Assembly (NCBI GenBank): GCA_051453625.1
Contig: JBOZIK010000001.1
Location: 12,303,674 to 12,352,175, forward strand
Source of the DNA: Welwitschia mirabilis
Lineage: Eukaryota
DNA: 48,502 nt
Reading direction: 5' to 3'
Part shown: one piece after another, positions 1-11,200 of the stretch
How the letters are laid out: the number at the start of each line of letters is the position of its first letter
How positions within the stretch are numbered: position 1 is the first letter of the stretch
Made by a program: the position numbers and the translations under genes
The notes under the pieces: model-generated
Databases searched by the model: none
Told to the model about the DNA's origin: nothing
What the model saw: the letters and a program-made list of their open reading frames with translations, nothing else

Positions 1-169
1 ATTTATAATGGGCAACATGTCACACTTTTTTCAACCTATAAAAAAATCGTGGTCGGCCTGACTTATTGGGCCGACTTTTTGACAATGTCAGTGACATGTC
101 GCTGACAAAAAAATCGAATAAAAGTTGTGATGAGAGAGAAATAACGTGCGAGCTAGAGGAACTCACAGG

Positions 170-170
<1 letters not shown>

Positions 171-216
<46 letters not shown>
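171..216. repeat. (GA)n microsatellite
   Basis: Near-perfect AG dinucleotide run with one interruption; explains the ERERER / SLSLSL ORFs 66..365 and 20..268. Confidence 0.95.
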
Positions 217-219
<3 letters not shown>

Positions 220-261
220 CTGTGCGACTTTCGCGTGACAGGAGAGAACTATTGGAACTTG

Positions 262-388
262 GAAACAATGCTGCCTGCCTGAGGAACGGCGTTGCCTGCC
301 TAAGAAACAGGTTGCCTGCCTGCCTGAGAAATGGTGCTGCCTGTCTGCTTAAGAAACGGCGTTGACTGCCTGAGAAACAGCGCAGCCT
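262..388. repeat. GC-rich minisatellite, ~21-25 bp unit (TGCCTGCCTGAGAAACGGCGT-like), about 5-6 copies
   Basis: Repeated TGCCTGCCT(G/A)AG(G/A)AAC motif seen directly in the sequence. Confidence 0.85.
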
Positions 389-552
389 GGAGTAATAAAG
401 TGTTTTCTCATGATGATGATGAATAAAATGAGTAATAGGAAGATACTTTGGGCAAGGAAGACATTCTTCAAGATGAACAAGAATATAACATGGATGTAGA
501 ACAAGAAGAGCAAGAACCTAAAAATGAAGAATAAAAGGTTCCTTCAAATTTG

Positions 553-857
553 GTCAAGACATCCATTCGGGTAGTAAAGCGACTTGACAAGTATTCTCCT
601 TCTTCACATCCTGTTTACTCAATGATATAGGAAAACCACAAACTGTTTCAAAAGCGAGGTCATGCAATGATTGTAAACAGTGGGAGGTTGCAATGTAAAA
701 TGAGTGAAAATCACTCATGCCTAATCACACATGGGAACTATTGTAGTTGTCGAATGGTACAAAAGAACTACTCAACAAATAGATCTCATAATTAAGGCCA
801 GATTTTCATAGTCTTACCACGTATGAGGCAAGACTTGTGGTCAAGAATTTTGAACAA
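553..857 (+). mobile_element. Ty1/copia pol remnant (integrase-RT linker and start of RT), pseudogenised
   Basis: Manual translation: VKTSIRVVKRLDKYSP, LLNDIGKPQTVSKARSCNDC, then KQWEVAM*NE*KSLMPNHTWELL*LSNGTKELLNK*IS...TYEARLVVKNFEQ (675-857), matching copia consensus W..AM.EEM.SL..N.TW.L..LP.G...L..KW......YKARLVAKGF.Q; several stops. Confidence 0.85.
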
Positions 858-1244
858 ATTATGTTCCTTGTTGTGGAGGATGATCCTATAACCCTTTAAT
901 GTTTTGAGTCTAATCATTGTGTATTCTCATTGCACCCTGACATATTGCTAATGGAAATTGTTAGTATATTGTTCTTTGGTTGATTGCAGTTTTTCAGTAG
1001 GTAAGAGTTTACATGCTAAAGTGAAAGCTCATAAAAGCTAACTACATTGGACCTCTTTTCCATAACATTGAGATTGCATTAGGTTTGTTCCCACAGTTTC
1101 ATACAGGATCCTTTTACACTAAAAGGTTATAGAAGGTTCTTGTTCTCATGCCAAATGGAACCATTTAAGTAAGAGCTACCCCCTTGTTACAGTTGCAACT
1201 CAACTCTTCTCTACCATGACGCAGTCTGGTTTGGTAAGTTTGGA

Positions 1245-1374
1245 CATGGATGCTTTAATCTTGCTAATGGTTGTCTTAATGGGACGTCCCATGGCATCAC
1301 GATGTTATGCATGGATGCTTTAAGCTTGCTAATGGTTGTCTTAATGGGACGTCCCATGGCATCACGATGTTATG
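1245..1374. repeat. 65-bp tandem duplication (2 copies, 1 mismatch)
   Basis: CATGGATGCTTTAA(T/G)CTTGCTAATGGTTGTCTTAATGGGACGTCCCATGGCATCACGATGTTATG at 1245 and 1310. Confidence 0.95.
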
Positions 1375-2786
1375 CATGTTATCAGTATTCTAATTACTTC
1401 GCATGGATTAAGAAGGTAGATTTGGCTTCAAGTCAGAGACTGTCAACATTTGAAGCAAAATCTTGTATTAAAGTTTTTATAATATATTGCAATATTGTAA
1501 AGGAAGATTAGTCTTTCGTCACCCATTTACATGTAGTAATTAAAAATTAAAATGAAACATAGAGTCAGTAGAGGGTGAGATTTAGGGTTCTCAAGCTTTG
1601 GCTTCAATTAAAGCCCTAACCCTATTTAAATGGCTCAGATTCTTGTACATTATATAGGGACAACTTCATCTGCATGACTAGGAATAAAACTCCTCCTCTC
1701 CATGTGGATGATTTGTTCCACCGTTAACGGTTTTTCAATGTAAAACCAGACATATTGTGGTCTCCTTTTTTTTTTTTTTTTTTGCTTTTTTGTTGTTTCA
1801 TGATTCACCATTGTTTTGTTGTTATGTATAGGCTGATTTTTCGTAACAAGATGCAAGGGTTGTTAACACTTCCTTAGCTTCTCATTTTCAATTGTCAAAA
1901 TAGCATTGTCCAAAGACAAAAGAGGAGGCTGAAGTGGTGAAAATGTTCATATGCATCAGCATCAGATTCCTTGTCCCATACAAATGAAACCCACTTAAGA
2001 CTTGCAATTTTCATGATTTTGGAATTGCAATTCAAGAGTCCAAAATCATGATTTGAAGTGGAATCAGATTCCAAACTCCAAAATCACAATTTGAAGTGAA
2101 CTACAATTCCTACAATTCCCATGAGGCCAAGCTCTCCGGAATCACAATATGCAATTCTACATTTTACCTCAGAAAAATCACTTTCCAATACATTTCTAAT
2201 GTATTACACAAGTTCTATGGTTCAAGTAAAGGAGGAAGAAAGCCTGCAAACAGCAAACAAAATTGAATATTCAATCAAATCCACTCAATCCATTAATCAA
2301 AAAATGAATTTCTTTTGTTGTTTCAAAAAATCATTGGAAGAAACATAGAACATTTAATGATTTCATTATTATGTGACCTCTTTTTAGGTACTGCACACAT
2401 TATATCATTTTGTAGTTTCTTTGCAACTTAAACATTGATGGATATCAAATTCTGGGTATGTAATTATGTATAATTCCTCTGAACTATGGGAACATTTATT
2501 TTTGATATAATAGAACATTCCTTGCTTAACACATGATAAAAAATTATCAATTTTGTTCCAACTACATGTGTGTTTAGCTTATCTTGGGCTTTTATATTGG
2601 CTATTTTAAGTTGTTTTTGAGCGTCATGATTAACTGGATCTAAATACTGTTGGAAAAATTTAAAAATTCCTTTTTTCATTTTTTTAAAACCTAAGTGTCC
2701 CATATGATTCAGCCAATTCCTGTGATTTAAATAGTAAAAATGAAAACATGATTGCTCATCTAGACCTGAATGTCAAAAGTACAGAT

Positions 2787-3370
2787 TGTACACATCCAGG
2801 CATAGCATGTGCAATGGGAAATTCATGGGAAATTATGGCTGGAATCATTGGTAGGCAGCGAAGTGGATTGTAATGTACTTGGAGGGTATCCAAATTTGGT
2901 GGTGGTGTCTTCTATTCAGTCTTCTATGTGCAAATTGTGCAGCTGATCAGGAAGAAGATCACCAACAGCTTTAATCCTTTGTGTTGAATAGAGGAGAAAT
3001 CAGCTTGTTGTTAATGCTTCAGCCCTGTAATGTAGTGAACAACTGAAGCAGAATATGTGGCATTATAAAAGATTGCACGGAAGTCTTGCGTTTGCACAGG
3101 CTCGTTCTTTCTTTTGTACTAAAACAAAAGGAGTAGCAGACATTTTATGGCAGCCAAAGTGCGATCCTTTTCACCAAAAACCCTACATATCGAAGAAGGA
3201 CAAAACACATTCATGTTAAGTTCCACTTTAGAAAAGAAGTCATATATGAAGGACAGGTGAATGTTCAAAGGGTACAGACAAAAAGGAATGTCGTTCATTT
3301 CATGAGAAAGGTGGTGCCCTTGGAGAAACATTAAGTTCTGCAAAGAACCATTTGGGAAAGCTGTGACATG
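2787..3370 (+). mobile_element. Ty1/copia pol remnant (end of RT and RNase H), pseudogenised
   Basis: Frameshifted motifs CTHPGIACAM (cf. CTRPDIAHAV), KFMGNYGWNHW*AAKWIVMYLEG (cf. RFMSNPGKEHWQAVKWILRYLKG), TTEAEYVAL (3039-3065), FYGSQSAILFTKNPTYRRRTKHIHVKFHFRKEV...VHFMRKVVPLEK (cf. [32 protein letters not shown]...ADMMTK). Confidence 0.9.
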
Positions 3371-3428
3371 AGCAATGGGCATTAGAATAGTGCATCTCTT
3401 CTCTGGAAGGATGGTTAGATTTGTCTTC

Positions 3429-3444
3429 AAGGAGGAGCACTGTT
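3429..3444 (+). mobile_element. Copia polypurine tract and probable start of 3' LTR
   Basis: AAGGAGGAG (3429-3437) just downstream of the RNase H remnant, followed by TGTT at 3441, the canonical PPT-LTR junction. Confidence 0.6.
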
Positions 3445-4687
3445 AAATGCTAGAGTCAAATCTTCATTCTATGGCTTATTCTTTATTCTTAGTGAGTTAG
3501 TGTTGACATGTTACCCCAAAAAAAGGGAAAGAAAGAAAAAGAAAAAGAAAACATCATTTTAAATAAGGTGTAACTTTTCCTGTATTGTTGAAAGGCAAGA
3601 CTTATTATTCCTTGTGACGTCAATGTGAGATTAGGATTAAACCCTAAAGGAAATTGCTATAGGGATGCTTTAGGATAGAGGGAAGACAGTCTCATTTGGT
3701 CCAAGTTTGTTGATGAGGGTTCTCTGTTGGCCAGCAATGGTGTGTTTGACGGTTTAGACAAGCTTTCAATGACGGCTAGTGGCCTTAAGCTTCACTCTTT
3801 TGGTTGATAATCAAAAATTCTGCATTGCTCTTGTGTTTTTCCCTTGGATTAGAGTTTTCCAGGTAAACCTTGGATGTTCCTTTTGTTGCTGCTGGTATCT
3901 TTCTGTTGCTTAAATTTGTAGGACGAAAAACAAGATTTCTGGAGCAAGTATTAAGCACTTTAAAAGCTAAAATGAACTTTAGGATCCAAACTCTCTTATA
4001 AGTGTCCAAAATGTGTTCTTTGCATGTGTGATCACAGTAGCATGGTATTCAAAGCATCTTTAGACATAGACTGTCAACAATTAAGGTTTAGCATTTTTGC
4101 TTGATGATCAATGTTAAAGCTTCTTCCCAAGATGATATGTCATTAAGCACTTATATACTGTGACACCTTGTCTTTTACTAGAGCTTTTGGTTTTACCAGA
4201 TTCTCAAATTCTACATTCCATATTGCCAGTTTCATAGCATTTTCAACTATTGTCCTAACTTACTTTGTTCAATTTGTTAGAATGATGCAGCCAAACATAG
4301 GAAATGTATTCAACTTTGCAAGTAAATTACTAAAAGCAATTCAAAAACACTGTAATTCAAAAGTTTTCAATTCAATATCAATTGCAAGTTCAACTAGTTA
4401 ACATGTCTCCTTTGACATTATCATTTTGCACTTGGGAGGTTGTTGCCATTGCAACTTTTGAACATTGTAGTTGTATGCACGGGATCACTGAAGAAACAGA
4501 TAAGGCAGGTAGTGACTGCCATGCTGGGAAATTGGAATTGCAAGTCAGATCTTCAGTCAACGTTTAAAAAAAAAATCACTAGGCAAAAGTCATTCAGTTC
4601 AACTATACAGTACAAAAAATTACAATCCAAAAAAGAGCAAAATGTTTTATCCAAAAAAAAAAAAAAACAAAAGCACAAAGCACCTAC

Positions 4688-4873
4688 CAAACTGGGAAAT
4701 CTTCCCTTGAAGAGTGAAGAAATGTCTTCAGAGCTGCTTACTTCTGAGTCTCCAATGATGAAAGATCCAAAATCTTGTTTTGAAGAATGGATGTCTGTAC
4801 AGAAATAGACAACAGTTGGCTGCAAAATTTCCAACTTGTGCAGCAATTCTTCCTTTGTAGAAGGCTCTAGAAC
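4688..4873 (-). CDS. Exon 2 of ARID4-like gene (N-terminal region of AT-rich interactive domain protein 4 family)
   Basis: TTGCAG acceptor, 186 bp (62 aa) VLEPSTKEELLHKLEILQPTVVYFCTDIHSSKQDFGSFIIGDSEVSSSEDISSLFKGRFPSL, donor TTG|GTAGGT, phase 0 both sides; aligns by eye to recalled ARID4 VLNNPTPEEF...DFVYLQG...VGPLVLG...DALVTLFGSTLPTT. Confidence 0.7.
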
Positions 4874-6333
4874 CTGCAACTGTAGTTGCTAAAAGCTTTA
4901 ATCTCTCTTGAGAGTTAATCTAAATTAAGCATCTGTTAAATTTTGTGTCAACATTAAACCACATATAAATAAGAAAAGTCTTCATAACTAACAACAACTT
5001 TCAATGGATATAAACACATTCACATCTGACCATAACTGATTAGAAAACAACAATCAGAGGTGACCCTCGAAAAACAGATTTAACTTGCCTGGACACCTGG
5101 GGATGCAACAATAACAATGGATGCAAGGCATAAGGGGTGAAGTGACTAAAGCATTTGTATTTTCACATAATAGAAGCATTGAGGCCAATCATGTAAAATT
5201 GGATAAAAACATAAAGCTAAGTAAATAGTTAAGATTCTGAGGAACCATACAAATAAGCTATGTGGTCTATTCTTCTTCAAACTATAGGATTATAGAATCC
5301 TATCTAAACAGATCATGTAACAATGTGGCTGAGCACAGCTAGGCTTCATGACATTCAAATGTGTGTTAAAAGAAAAATAAAGAAGAAAGAGAACAAACAA
5401 GAACACATGCAGACACGGAATTAAAAAACAATTTATGTTATTTCCCTGCCAGTGTGTATACAGAAAGAATTATCCTGTGCTATATATTTTAATGTGGTAT
5501 CTGCATGTCTGTCCTCTTCCACTTGCAGCAGACCGAGACAGTGCCTCTGTAAAATTTGAATGAATTTGAATCATATCAGGTTTTCCGTTTGGTATTAAAG
5601 CCAAAAAGCATTTTTTGTTGGAAAGCAGCCTATCTTTAGAAGGAAGAAATAGAAGGTTTATTGAATACTCCAAACGAAGGCAGACATATCAATGTGTCCG
5701 TGAAATAAAGCAGCTTAACGCTATTGATATACTGAAAGCTGTCTAATCGACAGCAATGAACCTTACGTAACAAGCTTATAACGAGAAAGGGATATGCGCA
5801 TCAGAAATGCCTTGACAGTGCAGTTCAGTCCTACGAGACTTACCTGCTTGCACCGAGTTCATTTCCTTGTGTAGTATGTGTAATGTTCGATCGCGTTTTC
5901 ATTTGGAGCAACGCATGTTACAGAAAAAGTGTGACGTAAATAAATAATTGAAAAGCTCACGAAAAAACACAGTCGCATGATTCACGGTCCTCAAAATAAA
6001 AGGAAAATGGGTGCACCACATGAAAACCTACAAGTAATAAGTGTTCAATTACCGAACTCAATTATGCATTCGAGAAAACCTACTCAAAACAGACCCAATG
6101 GGTGTACATAAACTGAAGAAGAAGCAAATTTTGAACAGATTCGGAATACTAGGAAAAAAACCAATAATACACAACAATACACTCGATAAATCTACTTGCA
6201 TTGGAGAAGAAAAGCCGATTTCCGAACACTCCATCTTAACCGAAAAAAGAAAAAGGTGAAACGACATGATTGGAACTAAGAAATGTGAGCAATTAGAGAA
6301 TTCACAGACAAGAAAAGGGAAACAAGAAAGTAC

Positions 6334-6537
6334 CTGAAGCGAAGACCGAGTACCGACGTCTTTGAAGTCGCGAGTGAACTTAAAATACTGCTCTTCGGCA
6401 AATCTCGAAGAACCACTGGCAGGCTCCATCTCGCTATTGGAAATGCAAGCAGAATGCTTTCTGCCGCAGACAACAACAACAACATTGCTGCTGCTGGAAA
6501 GGCGAGGGCGTTTTGGCAACAAATAACTACCAGCCAT
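6334..6537 (-). CDS. Exon 1 of ARID4-like gene
   Basis: ATG at 6537, 68 aa MAGSYLLPKRPRLSSSSNVVVVVCGRKH...QYFKFTRDFKDVGTRSSLQ, donor CAG|GTACTT in phase 0 joining exon 2; NVVVVVCG resembles ARID4 CNVVAVVSG; lies in a CpG-rich island. Confidence 0.65.
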
Positions 6538-6934
6538 ATCTCGAACCGAAGAAAACAAGCGAAAAAGCCCTTGGACAAAAAAGTAAACGATTTTGAGCGT
6601 CGTTGCTTGGCAAAAACTGAGGATTTGAAGCCAACAAAGCTTGCTAAAGCTCTGGCAGAGATTCCAAGAAGCGATCATAGCCTGAAAGCCGTTGAATTTG
6701 TAGAAGACGAAGAATCAAAAACGGAAAACGCATCAAGGAAAACAAGAAGTCAGGGTTTAAACAAAGGAGGACAGAATGGACGATCGTGCCCTTTCTCCTT
6801 CTCTTTCTGATTCAGCTTCGTTGTTGATTATCACTACCACCATGCTCATCAAGTTCTCTCTGTATTCCTGTGTAGATTATCTTAATAAATTTTTCACTTT
6901 TACTTTATCTGGAATTTTATTTACTCAAATTTAA

Positions 6935-7148
6935 CTCCTTTTTCATTTTTTTAAATGATTATATTTCACCAGTTTTTAACTATATTTAGTACCTTATTCC
7001 AGCATACTTGAGATGCATGTGTCAGAGTCTTTTTGGAAACGCTCCTCTTTCATTTTTTTAAATTCTTATATTTCACTAGTTTTTTTAACTATATTTAGTA
7101 TCTTGTTTCAGCATACTTGAGATGCATGTGTCAGCGTCTTTTTGGAAA
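6935..7148. repeat. ~107-bp tandem duplication upstream of the ARID4-like gene
   Basis: CTCCT...TATATTTCAC(C/T)AG...CAGCATACTTGAGATGCATGTGTCAG(A/C)GTCTTTTTGGAAA at 6935 and 7042. Confidence 0.9.
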
Positions 7149-8271
7149 TTTCTTAGCATACTTTCTTCTTTCAGTTTTGGTAACTTGCTTTATTTGAATC
7201 TTTTTTTATTTTTTTAAAGAAATAACTTGATTTCATTATCTCCTTTTTCATTTCAAATTTTTTAAGACAAGCTAAGTGGAAAGTTCTTTTAAGGATTTTG
7301 CTCCTACAAATTATTTAAAATTTTCTATGATAATATTATATTTTTTAGAGAGTGCATAAACATGGTTTATTGAAGTTACTCGTGAGTCGGCTTACATTCA
7401 TTTTATTTTATTTTCATTTTGATTAGCATGATTCTTTTTATCAATTATGTTGTGTTTTGCTTTCCTCCATTTTCATGTATAAAGTCTTACATACAATGAC
7501 TAATTGTTGGTTACATTCTAGACAAAGAACATGTCTTTTAGCATCAATTAGAGTCTCCTTATTTGATATCCACAATTGATAAAATTTCATCTTTAATACT
7601 ACTAGTAATTGATGCATGCATTTTTAGCTCTTCACCTATCTTTGCATCCTATATTATACCATTTGTAATGAACTTTTCTAAACAATTCAACAAGGTAAGC
7701 ATACAACTCTTTTAAGTACTTTATTTTAATAATGTGAGCATACCAAGCATTATGTCTTCCCTTCTACGATTTACTTGCTAGACAATTGTTTAAGTTGTAA
7801 ATCAGAGACGGGTCCAGATTGTCGCTCGTATTTCCCTAGAGTCAACATGTATTATGCATGTGAACATTAACATTAAATTAGAGTTGAAGTTATTTGAAAG
7901 CTAGTTCAACGTAGATATGTTTAGCACAGAAACTAGGATGCACATTAATCCACCCTTTTGTTAACTATAGAAGTAGATAACTAGTGACTTTTATGTCATC
8001 AATAGTTAGTCATTGTTATAATCTCTCCTTCTAAAGCATTAATGAAATTTATTTTCACTCATATCTTTGTTGCAAAATTCAACACTCAAAAGCATAGTAC
8101 AATATTGGTTAATATGGCTTCACACTACAAACCTAGGTCATCCATTTATAGTTGTTTTTAACATGAGACTTTCTTAATTGCTTCCGCACAAAGATAAATT
8201 TAACTTCATCCTAATATACATACCATTTCTTGATTTTTGTAAGATAACATTTGAATGCTATTTAATTATAG

Positions 8272-8281
8272 NNNNNNNNNN
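8272..8281. other. Assembly gap (10 N)
   Basis: Run of N. Confidence 1.
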
Positions 8282-11200
8282 ACTTAAAAGTACATTTTAC
8301 ATAGGAAAATACTTTTAGTACACTAAAATGTATTGAGCTTGAAACTTAATTCCCTAAAATAGAAAACCTCAATATTTTGTAAGGAGTTGAGCTTGATAGC
8401 TACTTTAACTATTATTGGTAAACTAATTTGTTTGTGTTAGTGAATGAGGTCGTTTGCATTACTAGATCATTAGTTTACATTCTAATCGCAAGACATGTTA
8501 GAAAATTAGAAAATATTCAACAATACTTGTAATGACATATCATTTATCCCATAATGCATTAACAAGTCATAATTTCCACTGGTATCATTGAAGGACAAAA
8601 TGATTTAAGGTCAAAGTACAAGTAACTAACTGTATGACATGGAGCATAAGTGCACATTATTAATATCATTTTTAAGGATGGTACTATAAATTATTTTAAT
8701 AAGTATTAATTTTTTATGATTTTTCTGGTGACACGAAAACTTCACTAACCACATCATTGTCTATATATAAAAACAAGTATTCTACATTAACTTGGACCAC
8801 TTACATTATCACGAATGAGAATAAGAAAAGAGTTGATATTTATCTCTTCATCTACTATATTAGTGAAAATGTTTACTAGAGAAACCACCAAGTAAAGTAT
8901 TATGCACAACCTTTTTGTAATCCATTCGAAACTTTGTGGAAAAACCATAAAGAGGTTGCATACTTAGCAATCATTTATTAGCATACCTTTATTGATAGCC
9001 TAAAATCTCGTGGGGTTGTATGAAAAATTCATCTTAATGATTTTGTTAAGTTGAACGCTAATATCAGGTAGGTTACATTAGCAGCTTGTTTCATTATGAA
9101 AGTTTAGGTAGTTAGTCCACATGCCTCTTGTCAACTTAGGTTAAATACCTCAAAATTATAAAATGAAGAAGAATAAAACAAGGGTAAGGAATTTTGCTCC
9201 ACAAGCAACATAGAAAGCAAGACATACATTAAGTGTACAAAAAAAAATACTCATGAGTGAAGCAAACTTATTAAAAGATATGAGGAAAATGTATGTGCTT
9301 CATAATTTGAACCAGAAATTTCCATATTAGTAGATTAAATGGAGAATAATAAGATCAAAGAAATGAGAACTTTCAAAGGAAGAAAGAATGAGAACTCCTT
9401 TGATTTTAAGGGTCTATCAAATGGTTTGTGTTTTTTTGACAATCACTAATGATGGCAAACATCTGTAGTACTTTAGTATTACATTTGAAGTTTTAGTATT
9501 GTGTTGGTTTACTACCTTTATACCTTGCATCATTACAAGCTAGAGTGAAAAAATGAAAGTATTTCTTTAGTAGTATTATTTTTTTGGATGTTTGATCATG
9601 ACAACATAGGACATTTAGAACTTTAAGGATATGTAGAAATAACCAAGGCATGATGTCATGAAAGGATTCTCATAATTACTTGTTTGTCTCCCCTCATATG
9701 GGTTTAGGATAACAAAACGTATGATGTCTTTCTTTAATGGAATGAACTCAGAAACTAAGAACTATTTAGACATAATTACATAGAATTAGACTTATAACAA
9801 GGTGGCTTGTGAGTTATAGGGTTTAATACAAGGCTTGACTAATTTCACCAAAATATAGGATATTTAGGAGAATCAAGATAAATTTAATAAAGACATAGCT
9901 CCAAGAAAGGAGGAGGTAAAGGACGTGGATATATCAGTGGAGGCTATTTGCTTTATGACTATAATAAAGCAGAAGATCAACAAACTTAATAGTAATCTCA
10001 ATAATTGTGTTTTAACTATAGAGATAAGAATTTCATCTAAACTGATAAAAAAGTAGGGATGACACCCAAGTAATCATTAATAAAGTCATTAAGAAAAGAT
10101 AGCGATCATAAAGCCTCTAAAAACTTTAAGGCATCTAGTAATGAAGGAGAGGAATGCACTTGTTGTATGTTTGAGCATCTCCCTAATACATGCATTATTT
10201 TTGCTAAATTTGCAAAGTGGTATAACTACTCTAGATTAATGTTCTTAAATCAAGAACATATTAGCCCTAAGTCTTTTACTATCTAATTGATTACAGACCC
10301 ATGCTAGTAAGGATCTATAGGTAAAAGTGAAATCATCCTCCATCATGGTATTCTTCACCTAGATATCCTTCTTAGTATTTGACTTCATTTGCTGATCCAC
10401 ATTAATATCCAAAGGGATACTAATAACTACCTTCTACTTAATTGATGTAAAATTCCTATTATCCATTAATGTGTCAAGTGTTAGCACCTTTGGCCATCTA
10501 ACTAATGAATAATCAAGGCCAATTGTATCTTTAGTTGCCATAATATCTCTATATTAAATCTGCTTTAAGTGTTCAAGTAATATCATTTTAAGGATAACCA
10601 TGACCTTGAAATCCCTCTTTGACCTCATCTGTGAATGGATACTAATTACATATCATTCATTGACCTACCTGGTTGGGCACGAACTACTTGGTTATACTAC
10701 TAATAGTTCTTTTGCATTAATGATTTTTTTTATGTATCTATAGGAAATGGTTCACCAATCATAAGAAACCCTTTTATAGGAAAATTAGTGAAAGAAAAGG
10801 AATTTTAAAGAGATAGTCATATTTTTTTCATTTTGTTAGGATCCTTAGTAAAAAGGTTCAGATTGCTCTATTTTAGGTTTCATTACCCAATAAGGACTTC
10901 AAAAAGGTATGTGTGATAATTATCTTTTTAATAATACAATTTAGTGGAGATTGCATGTGAGGGAAAAATCAAGCACAATTATCATTGATGTGTAGGTGAG
11001 GAGTAACCCTGCAGTTACATTGTTGTGTATTTCAAAATCCATGATAAATCTCATATCATACAATAAATATTTGTGACTTCAATTAGCATCACTCTTAAAT
11101 TCTATAGCCTTTTTGGTTTTGGTGGATGAATCTTATTTTGTAGTAAGATCAATGACGTCACAACCACAATAGAAGAATAGAAACATCCACTTGATTTTTA

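Noticed and set aside
20-365. ORFs 20..268 and 66..365
   Set aside because: Products of the (GA)n microsatellite and minisatellite; no protein-like content.
1863-1995. Minus-strand WVSFVWDKESDADAYEHFHH echoing ARID4 YVIYW...CHFRH spacing
   Set aside because: Weak similarity, no convincing splice sites, adjacent to low-complexity repeat; probably chance.
3785-3869. VYLENSN in ORF 3785..4009 resembling the expected ARID4 exon 3 (VYLELPN)
   Set aside because: Preceded by a purine-rich AAG with no polypyrimidine tract, no suitable donor, and similarity stops after 7 residues.
5838-5846. Perfect CAG|GTAAGT donor inside intron 1 of the ARID4-like gene
   Set aside because: No good acceptor or coding similarity upstream; exons 1 and 2 already join in frame.
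6454-6810. Plus-strand 118-aa ORF overlapping the ARID4-like 5' region
   Set aside because: Antisense to a pyrimidine-rich 5'UTR/first exon; low-complexity K/E content, no homology recognised.
9880-10200. Gly/Arg-rich stretch and ECTCCMFEHLPNTC knuckle-like peptide, possibly a decayed gag
   Set aside because: Too degenerate; no flanking protease/RT motifs or LTR/PBS identified by eye.
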